Below, piece by piece: positions 26,501 through 37,353 of a stretch of DNA of 64,000 bases. The DNA comes from Chara braunii (Eukaryota > Plantae > Charophyceae), in contig BFEA01000025.1 in NCBI GenBank assembly GCA_003427395.1, forward strand, positions 3,071,036 to 3,135,035, read 5' to 3'. Within the stretch, counting starts at the first letter, position 1. Each line of letters begins with the position of its first letter. The translations under genes were made by a program, and so were the position numbers. Below the pieces are notes generated by a model. The model did not search any database and was not told where the DNA came from. It saw only the letters and a program-made list of their open reading frames with translations.

Positions 26501-28887
26501 GAAGACAGTAGTAAGTACAACCTGCTACTTTTGTCTAAGGATTCTATGGCCTCTTGGGCATCTGCTGTCAACCAACAACAGTGTCTATAGACTCTATACT
26601 ATTACTAGTTTTTGCAGGTTCTGCAGTGCTATACGTAGTCTAGTCTGGAAGAGTGTACACAAGTTTATAGTCTGGAAGAGTGTACACAAGTCTATAGTCT
26701 GGAAGAGTGTACACAAGTCTGTAGTCTGGAAGAGTGTACACAAGTCTGTAGTCTGGAAGAGTGTACACAAGTCTATGTATAGCACTGGAGGTCTGTAGGC
26801 GTTCAAGGCCCTGGGCGTCTACAGTCAGCTGATAAAGTCTCCACTGTCAGGTCCTTGGTTCGAATCTGCTCATCTTTGCAATCCGCAGAAAATAAACACC
26901 AACCGGCCTAGGTAGCTCAATTGGTACACCCTTCACCTCTTGAAATACAGACCCGAGTTCGAATCCAGTAGAACAAGGCAAAGAAAGAAAGAAAGAAACA
27001 AACCAAAAAAAACAAAAACAGAAGCAGGCCAAACTGACCTCCTGCTTGGGACAGGGTTCGGGACCTTCGGGTTCAAATCCTGCCTGGGCCCAAAGCTACG
27101 GCTGTGCTGACGCGGCTGGACGCTGCTATGGGTGATGCTGTCGCGGCTATTGCTGTCCTGCTATGGCTGCTGATGTCTCCGCAAAGGCGAATGCCGCTTC
27201 TATGGCGGAGCTGCTGTGGCTGATGCTCCTGCGGATGACGCTGCCATGGATATGGCTGTGCTGCTGACTTTGCTGACTCGCGATGGCTGTGCTGTGATGG
27301 CTATGGCCCCTATGGTCCCTATGGCTGATGCTGTCGCTGCTATGTGCTGTGCTGCTGTGGCTGATGCTGCTATTGCTGCTGTGGCTGTCGCTGCTATGTG
27401 CTGTGCTGCTGTGGCTGATGCTGCTATTGCTGCTGTGGCTGTCGCTGCTATGGCTGCTATGGCTGATGCTGTCGCTGCTATGTGCTGTGCTGCTGTTGCT
27501 AATGCTGCTATTGCTGCTGTGGCTGATGCCGCTATGGCTCCTGTGGCTGTCGCTGCTATGGCTCTGCTTCTGTGGCTGATACTGCCATGGCGATGGCACT
27601 GCTGCTGACCTGGCGGACTCGCGATGGCTGATGCTGCTATGGCTGCTGTGGCTGCTCTGGCTGATGCTGCTCTGGCTATGGCTCCTATGTCTTGTATGGC
27701 TGATGCTGGTGCTGCTATGGCTGTGCTGCCATGGCTGTGCTGATGTGGCTTTCGATGCTATGGCTGTGCCCCCCCGCTATGGCTGATGCTGCTATGGATG
27801 ATGTTGCTGCAGGTAAGACGACTCTCCTGAAGGTCCTTGGAGGGAAGCATCTGGTTGACCCCACTGTTGTGCGTGTCCTTGGGCGATCAGCATTCCATGA
27901 CACCACATTGGTGGCCACTGGTGAACTATCATACCTGGGAGGAGAGGTGGGTATTAATTGCCCTTCGTTTGCTCCTTCGTCCTCAATCGAAAATCCTATC
28001 TTCACCTTTCTGCACCTTGTCGTTGATCTGGAGTCTGAATGTTTGGGAAACTGTGATGAATTTCACGGTATTTAAGACTTGTTTCTCCCTTATTGTAAGA
28101 TAATGCCTCCTATGTAGTTCTGTCTCCACCTTTTGAACCCCCTTCTCTTCGCTTTGTCCCTCTCCTACCCTCTCAATTGTATTCCCGACCTATGAATGGT
28201 GCCGTCTGTCCTGCACCTACACTCTCTCTCTCTCTCTCTCNNNNNNNNNNNNNNNNNNNNNNNNNNNNNNNNNNNNNNNNNNNNNNNNNNNNNNNNNNNN
28301 NNNNNNNNNNNNNNNNNNNNNNNNNNNNNNNNNNNNNNNNNNNNNNNNNNNNNNNNNNNNNNNNNNNNNNNNNNNNNNNNNNNNNNNNNNNNNNNNNNNN
28401 NNNNNNNNNNNNNNNNNNNNNNNNNNNNNNNNNNNNNNNNNNNNNNNNNNNNNNNNNNNNNNNNNNNNNNNNNNNNNNNNNNNNNNNNNNNNNNNNNNNN
28501 NNNNNNNNNNNNNNNCTTTTCTTTTTCTCTTTAGCCAGCCACAGTGCTGAAGATTGGTCTGCCATTGTTTAATAGCAAGAGATTCGTTGGGACAGAAGCT
28601 TGGTGGAGTCTAACGAGCACTCCTCAATTGTCTTCTTGTGCTTTTCTGCGTGTTCATCCATGATGCCATCGAGCAGTGGCGGAGAGATGTTGCATTCTAT
28701 GGCTTCGATGTCCCTCTCTTGGCAGATGTGTCTGCTGAAAAGATGATCTTCGGAGTTCAAGGAATTGATCCCGAAAGGAGACGCCGTCTTATACAGGCAA
28801 GACACTTTTTCATTTTGCGGTGTCCATTTTCCTTCTTTTTTGTTCATCCGCTCCCTCTTCACACTTTCCCCCCACTTATGCCCGCGC

Positions 28888-28918
<31 letters not shown>

Positions 28919-31900
28919 ACAATACCACCGAATGCATTTGGGTTCAATTTCTGAATCCCTCAATTATGGCTACCCATGGTTGTTTTTTTGCTACCTATGC
29001 CACTCACGTACTAGGTGCCCCAAGCTGGCCCCATGTCTTTTCCCCTGTGTGCTTTTACTAGTACCGTCTTCAATCGAATAGAACGCCCGGTCAATACCGC
29101 CGTATTGGGTGCAACTTTCTGTCCAGATACGACAATAATTACCGGCTTTCTATTCGGGTGAAGACGGTAGTTAGTAACTTTCTCTACCTCCACGTCCCAC
29201 CCTTCACCACCTCCACTTCCCACCCTTTACCACCTCCACCTCCTACCTTTCACCTCCTCTCCTTCACTACAATTTTTTACAATCACCAATTTGTCCACAA
29301 TGTTTAGCTTTGCAACCTCTCCTTGTGCCTTTTTGTAACCTCCAATGGCTGCTACATCTTTTTTGTTCAAATTTCAAAACCTTTTAAGAAAAGAGTTAAA
29401 AAAGGCGGTCTTGTTCCTCCGGGCTCACGCGATCAGCTATCTATACGTCTCAGAGCTCATCACGCGATCAGCTATCTATAGTTGTGGGAGCTCACGAGAT
29501 CAGCTATATATAGGTCATGGAATGTGAAGGATGGCATATTTGTTTGGCAGTAGAGAAGCAACTGGATAACGACGGAAACCACGCTTGAGGCTTGATGGGG
29601 TTGTTTGGCCTAAAAGCACCCCTTTCGCAGTCTCATTGTTGTTGGGAGGGGCGGTGTGGGGGTGGGGTTTGGGCGGGGTGGGGGGGGAGGTGCAGGGGAG
29701 CTGTGGTGAGTCCAAGCAGAGAACATAAGCTACCAGCATTCCCATAGGATTGCTCTCCCCCCCCACCTTTTGTTTGTGTTTAAGAGGGGTGTGTTTTGTT
29801 AGTCAAAGTGTCGGGTCAGGTGGAGNNNNNNNNNNNNNNNNNNNNNNNNNNNNNNNNNNNNNNNNAACGCCATGCAAACAAAACACGGTATTGCTTATAT
29901 TCAATCAACTTTAAGTAACACTATAATTACCATAACAGATTCTTTTGGAGATACCAAATCTTGGTCCTCTTCTGGTTCAGTGGGATTTAAAGGATCTCGT
30001 CGTTCAACCAATTATGCTGCTCAAGCTACTGCTGAGAATGTAGCGCGTGCTGCTATTCCATTAGGAATTAAGTCAGTTGAAGTGAGAATCAAAGGTTTAG
30101 GTTATGGAAAGCCTTCGGCCTTACGTGGTTTACAATTAGGAGGTCTTATTATAACCAAGATTAGCGATGTAACTCCAACGCCACTAACAACCACTTGTGT
30201 TTCAATTTCTTCAGGTCTGNGTTTCATAGCTTTTTATGAGGTTGCACTGGGAGCCAGTGCTTGTTATATCAAATTCGCACCATGGATTTTGTCAGAAATG
30301 TTTGATGCTTCTTGGGGTTTTCTGTTTGATACTCTGACTGTGGTTATCAAATTCGCAGCATGGATTTTGTCAGAAATGTTTGATGCTTCTTGGGGTTTTC
30401 TGTTTGATACTCTGACTGTGTATATAACGTGCGTGTTTTTGGTAATCTAAGAGCTCGTGTCTTTCTCTGAATTTCAAAAGATTTGATAACGATCGCTAAT
30501 TTTTCAGTCATTTGTTCAAGTGTGTTTTTGATCGAGAGCTTATCTGTTCTGCCGAACGAAGAAAAACGCCTTAGAGTTGGAAGTTCCAAATTCATTGGTC
30601 AATCAGCAGGCTCGCCATAGTTTGATCGAAGACGAAACTTCGTAGTAATAAAATAAATACGCGCAGCTAACTAAATGCCATAAAGGCTGCGCGTACCAAG
30701 TTCACCCAGGCCAATTTGGCATGTGGTTTACCCGCTTGATCACAAAATCCAGATCTACTCAGGTTTTTTATTATATCAGAGATAGGTGCTTCCATTGTAA
30801 TATTGGTTTTCGTTCGGTCAGGAAAGAGACAGCGTTTTCCTATGTATTGCGTTGAATAAGAGCACACATACCAGGGCTCGAAGAGCGGGAACCAGGCCAC
30901 GAAGTGGCAACAGCACCTGAAGTGCAATCTGCATTCTCGTCCAACCTGACAGTTGGAATCCCATTTCGGGATGAGAGCATTTGGTGGAACCGGTGAACCA
31001 TTCAGGTCGAATGGGACAGAGGGCTCGTAGTACAATCTCGATTGAAAAGCAAGTTGTTGTTATTTATGCGGCTGTCAAAGGTTATTTAGATCAAATTCAG
31101 ATTTCTCAATTTCTTAAATATGAACAAGAGTTGTTGAAATCAATTGATCCAAGTTTGCTTTCTGCTATTGCACAACAAAAAATAATCACTGAACAAATCG
31201 ATAGTCAACTGGCTAACTTTTGTCAAAAATTTACTCAGAGTTTCTTAGCAACTCACTCGGGTTAATTCACCATTTTTCTATATCTTTGTGACTGTTTTGG
31301 GTGGGGTAATTGAGAAGCTGGCTCACTATGAAGAAAGGGCTATCATTAGTTTGTTAGGTGCTGACCTCTGTGTGTGTGTGTGTGTGTGATCATACGGCGT
31401 GTAGGTGCTGGATGTAGATCTGAATTGGCGGATGCATAAAGTGTCAGATGGGCAGCGGAGGCGTGTGCAGATTTGTATGGGCTTGCTCAGACCCTTCAAG
31501 GTGAGGAAGTGAAGCGCCACCCACAATTGGCATGGGCAAATTCTGTGTGACTTGTGTTCCCACTGGCAGTAACATCTTCCATCGAATGTATCCTGACTGC
31601 AAGACCATATGCGTGCAACCAGTTTGCATATACATTTGTCTAGTGTCGCATGCACCGTATTTGGTACTTGTAAAGATTCTACTTGCACAATTGAAGAGCT
31701 ACTTGCCTTCCGGCGTAGAGAACAACAATCCGCGTTCTACTGTCTTCCCCTGAGTACAACGCTCGGTCGTTATAGCCGTATTTGTGTCAGCTTTCAGTCT
31801 ACATACAGCTGTGATGACCGGGGGATTCTGTTCGGGGACATACATGTTGGTTGTATATTGCCCTCTCAAGCGCTGATAAATTTGCCCTTTCTTTCTTCCT

Positions 31901-32465
31901 TTCTTTCGTTCTTTCCTTTTTTATATTTGCCCTTTCGACCTTTGGCTCGCTGAGTCAGTGTGTTGGGACATAGATGTTGGTTGTATGTTGCCCTCTCCAG
32001 GGCTGATAAATTTTCCCTTTCTTTCTTTCTTTCGACCTTTCTTTCAACCTTTCTTTCTTTCGACCTTTCTTTCTTTCGACCTTTCTTTCTTTCTTTCGAC
32101 CTTTCTTTCTTTCGACCTTTCTTTCTTTCTTTCGACCTTTCTTTCTTTCTTTCTTTCGACCTTTCTTTCTTTCTTTCTTTCGAACTTTCTTTCTTTCTTT
32201 CTTTCGACCTTTCTTTCTTTCTTTCTTTCGACCTTTCGACCTTTCTTTCGACCTTTCGACCTTTCTTTCGACCTTTCGACCTTTCTTTCTTTCGACCTTT
32301 CAACCTTTCTTTCTTTCAACCTTTCTTTCTTTTGACCTTTCTTTCTTTCAACCTTTCTTTCGACCTTTCTTTCGACCTTTCTTTCGACCTTTCGACCTTT
32401 CGACCTTTCTTTCTTTCTTTCTTTTTTTCTTTCTTTTTTTCTTTTTTTCTTTCTTTTTTTTCTTT

Positions 32466-32517
<52 letters not shown>

Positions 32518-32590
32518 TCCTTCTTTCTTTCTTTCGACCTTTCGACCTTTCTTTCGACCCTTCTTTCGACCTTTCGACCTTCCTTCCTTC

Positions 32591-32625
<35 letters not shown>

Positions 32626-34253
32626 TCGACCTTTGGCTCGCAGAGCAGTTCTCTGTGACAAAAAATATACACGACTTCATTAGCTCCCTGCAGTCGTGCA
32701 GCCGGCAGGTTTCGTGTGGCAGTGGTCAGGGCCGTCACTATATGGCCATGCTGTGCCTTCAGTGCCAGTGGAGGCTCTGGAGTGTGTTTTCTGGCTGTAG
32801 CAGACCGTTCTTTGTTTTCTGGGGGCTTTGCTGGAATTTTGATGGGGTGCGAGTATAGTCTGTCGAGTCTTCCGCCTGCTGTGAGTGGGTTATAGTCTGC
32901 TTTGATTTGTTGTCATTCATACCCTTAACGGCAGGGATTGGTGGACCACCTGAGAACTGGGGTTAGATCACCAGTACGTGTTCCAGCTATTTTGTTACAA
33001 AGCGGTCGTTAACCCGCCATATATGAGGGGGCTCAGTCTACCGGACAAGAAGGGCCGGTGTCGCCAGGCAAATCGTGCATCACGCCGGTTCGGCGGGAAT
33101 TGGGGCGCAACAAATATCCTTGTCCGGGAAAAGAGGCTCGGACGGACTGTTGGTCTGTTGGTTTAAAACCGCCAGTACACGGCCCCAACCTTGCTGAAAA
33201 GAAAACTCGTCATCACCCATCCAAAAAAATCGGCGCCGGCGCGCCGTCGATAACAGAAACCGGCGGCCGGCGTCGCGTTTCGTCCCTCTGACACGGCCTC
33301 GCGGCCAATGTGAGGCATGTACCGGTGGTTTAATCTGGTTTAATCTGGATGATCGCGTACGGTATCATCCGACGAAACAGTCTGTGACAGCCCGCCGTAT
33401 CTTGTCCTTGACTCACTTTCTGGCCGATGCATGGTTCACTGATGAAACCGTTACGTGTCGGGTGTCGGTCTGCTGCGATCTGACGCTCTTGTCATAGGCA
33501 TGTAGGCACAGCCTGCTGTGTATGGCTCTAGTTTGGTTGGCAGGGTTGCAGGGTACAAGCTAAGGCAGTCAACATGTGATTGAAAGCTATACACCTGGTC
33601 CGTGTAATCTGTTCCATGGATTGGCGTCACGTCCAAATGTTCATGATGGCTGAGAAGCTGGCTTTGCTGGTGCTGTATGTGGACATCGGCCGCAGCACAG
33701 ACCTAAGAGCCTGAGGACCTCGAACTGTGCATTTGGTAACTTAACTTTTTAAAGGTTTTTAAAACTTTGAACTTTTTTTTTTTTTTTTGGCTTATTCTTT
33801 TTGGCCCCTTCTTCTTAAAGGGTGACGGCCTTGAGATATCATCGTCGAACTGATCCACCCTAGGTAATTCAGAATTGTAGTGTAGTTCACTCATCTGCTT
33901 CCAGTGGAGTTCGAACTCAGCACCTGGTCTGTATTTGAAATTGAACAGTACAGGGGGTGTACCAAATCTGGCCGGAAATATAGTTTGTATACATTCATTT
34001 TTAGGGTGCGTTATGTTCGGGGGAAGATGGCAGTTGGCATGTGCTTCTGGTAACTTACATAAAAAAAAAAAAGTTAAAAAAACCTTTAAAAAGTTAAGTT
34101 TCCAAATGCACAGTTCGAGGTCCGCAGGCTCTTAGGTCTGTGCTGCGGCAGAGTGAGAGGTTGGCTGTGAGATAGAACTCCTTGAGATNNNNNNNNNNNN
34201 NNNNNNNNNNNNNNNNNNNNNNNNNNNNNNNNNNNNNNNNNNNNNNNNNNNNN

Positions 34254-34324
<71 letters not shown>

Positions 34325-37298
34325 AGCGCATGCGGCTGAATGGTACACCCAGGAACTGGTGATAAACAGAGCCGAGTTCGAATGCTGATGGAATGAGAAG
34401 AGTAGTGGTGGTCCCCACTGTCCTTGTTTGTTTGAAGTAATGTAACTCAGTGGGGGCGATCGGTTGTACACGATGCTTGGTCAAGGCTGTTGCCTCTCTT
34501 TGAAAGAAGAAGAGAGTGGTGTGGTGTGGACAGACCCTAACTTAACAGGGTTATATGTAACTCCTTGAACTCTCTCTTTGAGTGGTGGTCCCCACTGTCC
34601 TTCTGCCCCGCTGGTCCAGGACCAAAGGATGGAACCAGAGGAGCAAACTCTCTTTGAGTGGTGGTCCCCACTGTCCTTCCATCCATTCTTTGAGGTTTGC
34701 TTTGCTGCACAGCGGACGAAACCTTGCTGAGCTTGGTGGCGGTGACAGCTGCCTGCTTTTTTTTTTTTTTTTTTTTTCTGATCATTGATCTAGAAAGCTG
34801 TTTGAAATCCTGCTGTCACTTGTCAGTAGGTTTGACGTCTGCACCTGTCATCGGTATTTTACTATTTTGACTTCTATTACAGCTGACCAGCTAAGGCAAC
34901 ATGCCGCAGGTGATAGGATTTGATTGCTATCTTGTGCAGGTCCTCTGCTTAATCAAATCACCGTTGATCAAGACATCTGTTTGAGATTCTATCATCAGGA
35001 ATTCTAGTTGTACGGTTGCCTGTCGGTTTGTATGGTTGCCCTTCGGTTTGTGTGGTTGCCCTGCGGTTTGCACGGTTGCCCTTCTACTGGTACGGTTGCC
35101 CTTCGACTTGCACACCTGCCCTTTGGTTTGTACGTTTTCCTTTTGGTTTGTGCCGTTGCCCTTTTGCACTTGGACTTGTATGCCTGCCCTTCAACTTGCA
35201 GGGTTGCCCTTTGATTTGTACAGCTGCCCTTTGATTTGTATGGCTGGCCGTCAAATTGTACTGTCGCTCTTCCACTCGTATGATTGCCTTTCAACTTGTA
35301 CAGTTGCCCTTCGACTTGTACAGTTGCCCTTCGACTTGTACAGTTGCCCTTCGACTTGTACGGCCGCCCTTCAACTCGTACAATTACCCTTCAACTTGTA
35401 CGGTTACCCTTCGGTTTGTATGGTTGCCCTTCCACTTGCACAGATGCCCTTCGACTTGTATTCGGTTTGTACTGTTGCCCTTGCACAGATGCCTTCAACT
35501 TGTATGGCTGGCGCTGAACTTGTACGGTTGCCCTTCTTCTTGCATGGTTGCCCTTCTACTTGTACGGTTGCCCTTCGACTTGTGCGGCTGCCCTTCAACT
35601 TGTACGATTACCCTTCAACTTGTACGGTTACCCCTCGGTTTGTATGGTTGCCCTTCCACTTGCACAGATGCCCTTCGACTTGTATTCGGTTTGTACGGTT
35701 GCCCTTCCACTTGCACAGATGCCCTTCAACTTGTATGGCTGGCGTTCAACTTGTACGGTTGCCCTTGTACTTGCGTGTTGCCCTTCTACTTGTACGGTTG
35801 CCCTTCGATTCGCGCGGTTGCTCTTCAACTTGTATGGTTGCCCTTTGACTTGCATGTTTGCCCAGCGGATGTAGGGTGATACCGACAGCAGGATTTGCTC
35901 TATGTCTTGTGCAGGTCCTGTAGGGTGATACTGACAGCAGGATTTGCTCTGTGTCTTGCGCAGGTCCTGCTACTTGACGAGATCACCGTTGATCTAGATG
36001 TGCTTGGACGTGCCGACCTGATGCAATTTCTTAAGTCCGAGTGCGAGGAGCGCGGTGCAACGATCATATATGCTACACATATATTCGATGGGCTGGAGAA
36101 CTGGTTCTCTCATATTGTGCGTAGAATCCTCTTCCCCTCCCCGTGTCTTTCTGCTCGCTCCTCCCCCCTTTCCCCTGTGTGCATCCGTCCCCTCCGGGCC
36201 TCCGTCCTTCAACCCTCTGTTGCCTGAGGACCACTGCAAAGAGTTACGACGGCTCTCCCGTTCAGCAACTTGTACTCCGCCGGAACTTGGCAAAGAACGA
36301 AAAAAGTGTCCACTTATTGCGAGTATATCATGCTTCCACGACAAGACAGGATCGTACACGACGTTCTTAGAATGATCTTCTTAGAATGTTCTTAGAATGA
36401 TCTTACACGACGCATTCATATGAACCCCGCTTTTCCACTTATTAACATGGCTTCAGACCGGGACGTAGTGCTCACACAACCCTTAATAATGTTATAAAGG
36501 AGAAGGATGCAAGGAAAAAAAAAAAGTGATAAAAAAGAGAGTAATAGCCAGCAATAAAGTTTTTTCACGATCCTTTGTTAGAACCTTGCATGGCGGGTAG
36601 TTTATCTGGGGCGGATGCCTTGTCTGGGGCGCTTACATAGTAATAATGTCAAAGGCAAAAAATCTGGCTATATGCAGAAACCTCCGCCAAGTATCCAATA
36701 ATGAATGCGTCGGTACGGACACTCAGCAGGGAAGGAAGTCTAAGACCGTACGGCTGCGACGACGGCGCGCTAGACTTTCAGGCCTCTCTCCTTCTCTTCC
36801 CCCCCCCTTTTTTTTTTTTTTCCCTTACTTTCTGTTTGTGTGTTTGTCAGACAACGGATGTCTTTCTGAATGGATTTGTCGGACAGCACATCTACCCTAT
36901 TGAGCTGCTCAGCTCCCTGCTGGTGGTCCCCACCAAGGCAACCGTTCCTGATAAGGGAAAGTTTCTTTTCGGATTGCAGTGTCGCGTCAACCACGGGCGT
37001 TAAGAAGAGAGGGGTGTTGTAGAACTGCCGTCTTCCCCTAAACACAACGCGCCCTCATTATGGCCGAATCCAACCAGAAAGATGGCTTGTATAAGTTCAG
37101 AATCAGGGTGCGGTAGTTGAATGAAGTTTAAAAACTTAAAATCGATTGCATCAGTTTGATGAACTTTGATCACAAATAATGACAATTCAAATTTCAAAAT
37201 GATGAAATTTGAAATTTCAAATTTGTTTCCACTTCCAACTCTGAACACTGAGATAAGTTCAGGGTAGAGGGGCGGACAAGGAAAAGTAGAAGTTGTCG

Positions 37299-37353
<55 letters not shown>

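Larger units (their letters stand above)
29866..31270. other. Composite nuclear mitochondrial insertion (NUMT) in ABCI20 intron 3
   Basis: AT-rich, organellar-type codons; juxtaposed fragments of rps11, nad5, rps10, group II intron/maturase and atp1 in mixed orientation. Confidence 0.9.

Noticed and set aside
21926-26775. 33-bp and 27-bp repeats as CRISPR arrays
   Set aside because: Head-to-tail units with no unique spacers, no cas genes, and a eukaryotic context.
27731-27812. Alternative ABCI20 N-terminus from the in-frame ATG in the GCT repeat
   Set aside because: Repeat-derived, and it would lose the first half of Walker A supplied by exon 1.
29872-30183. Functional nuclear transfer of rps11
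   Set aside because: Truncated before the conserved C-terminus, no presequence seen, and embedded in a shuffled NUMT.
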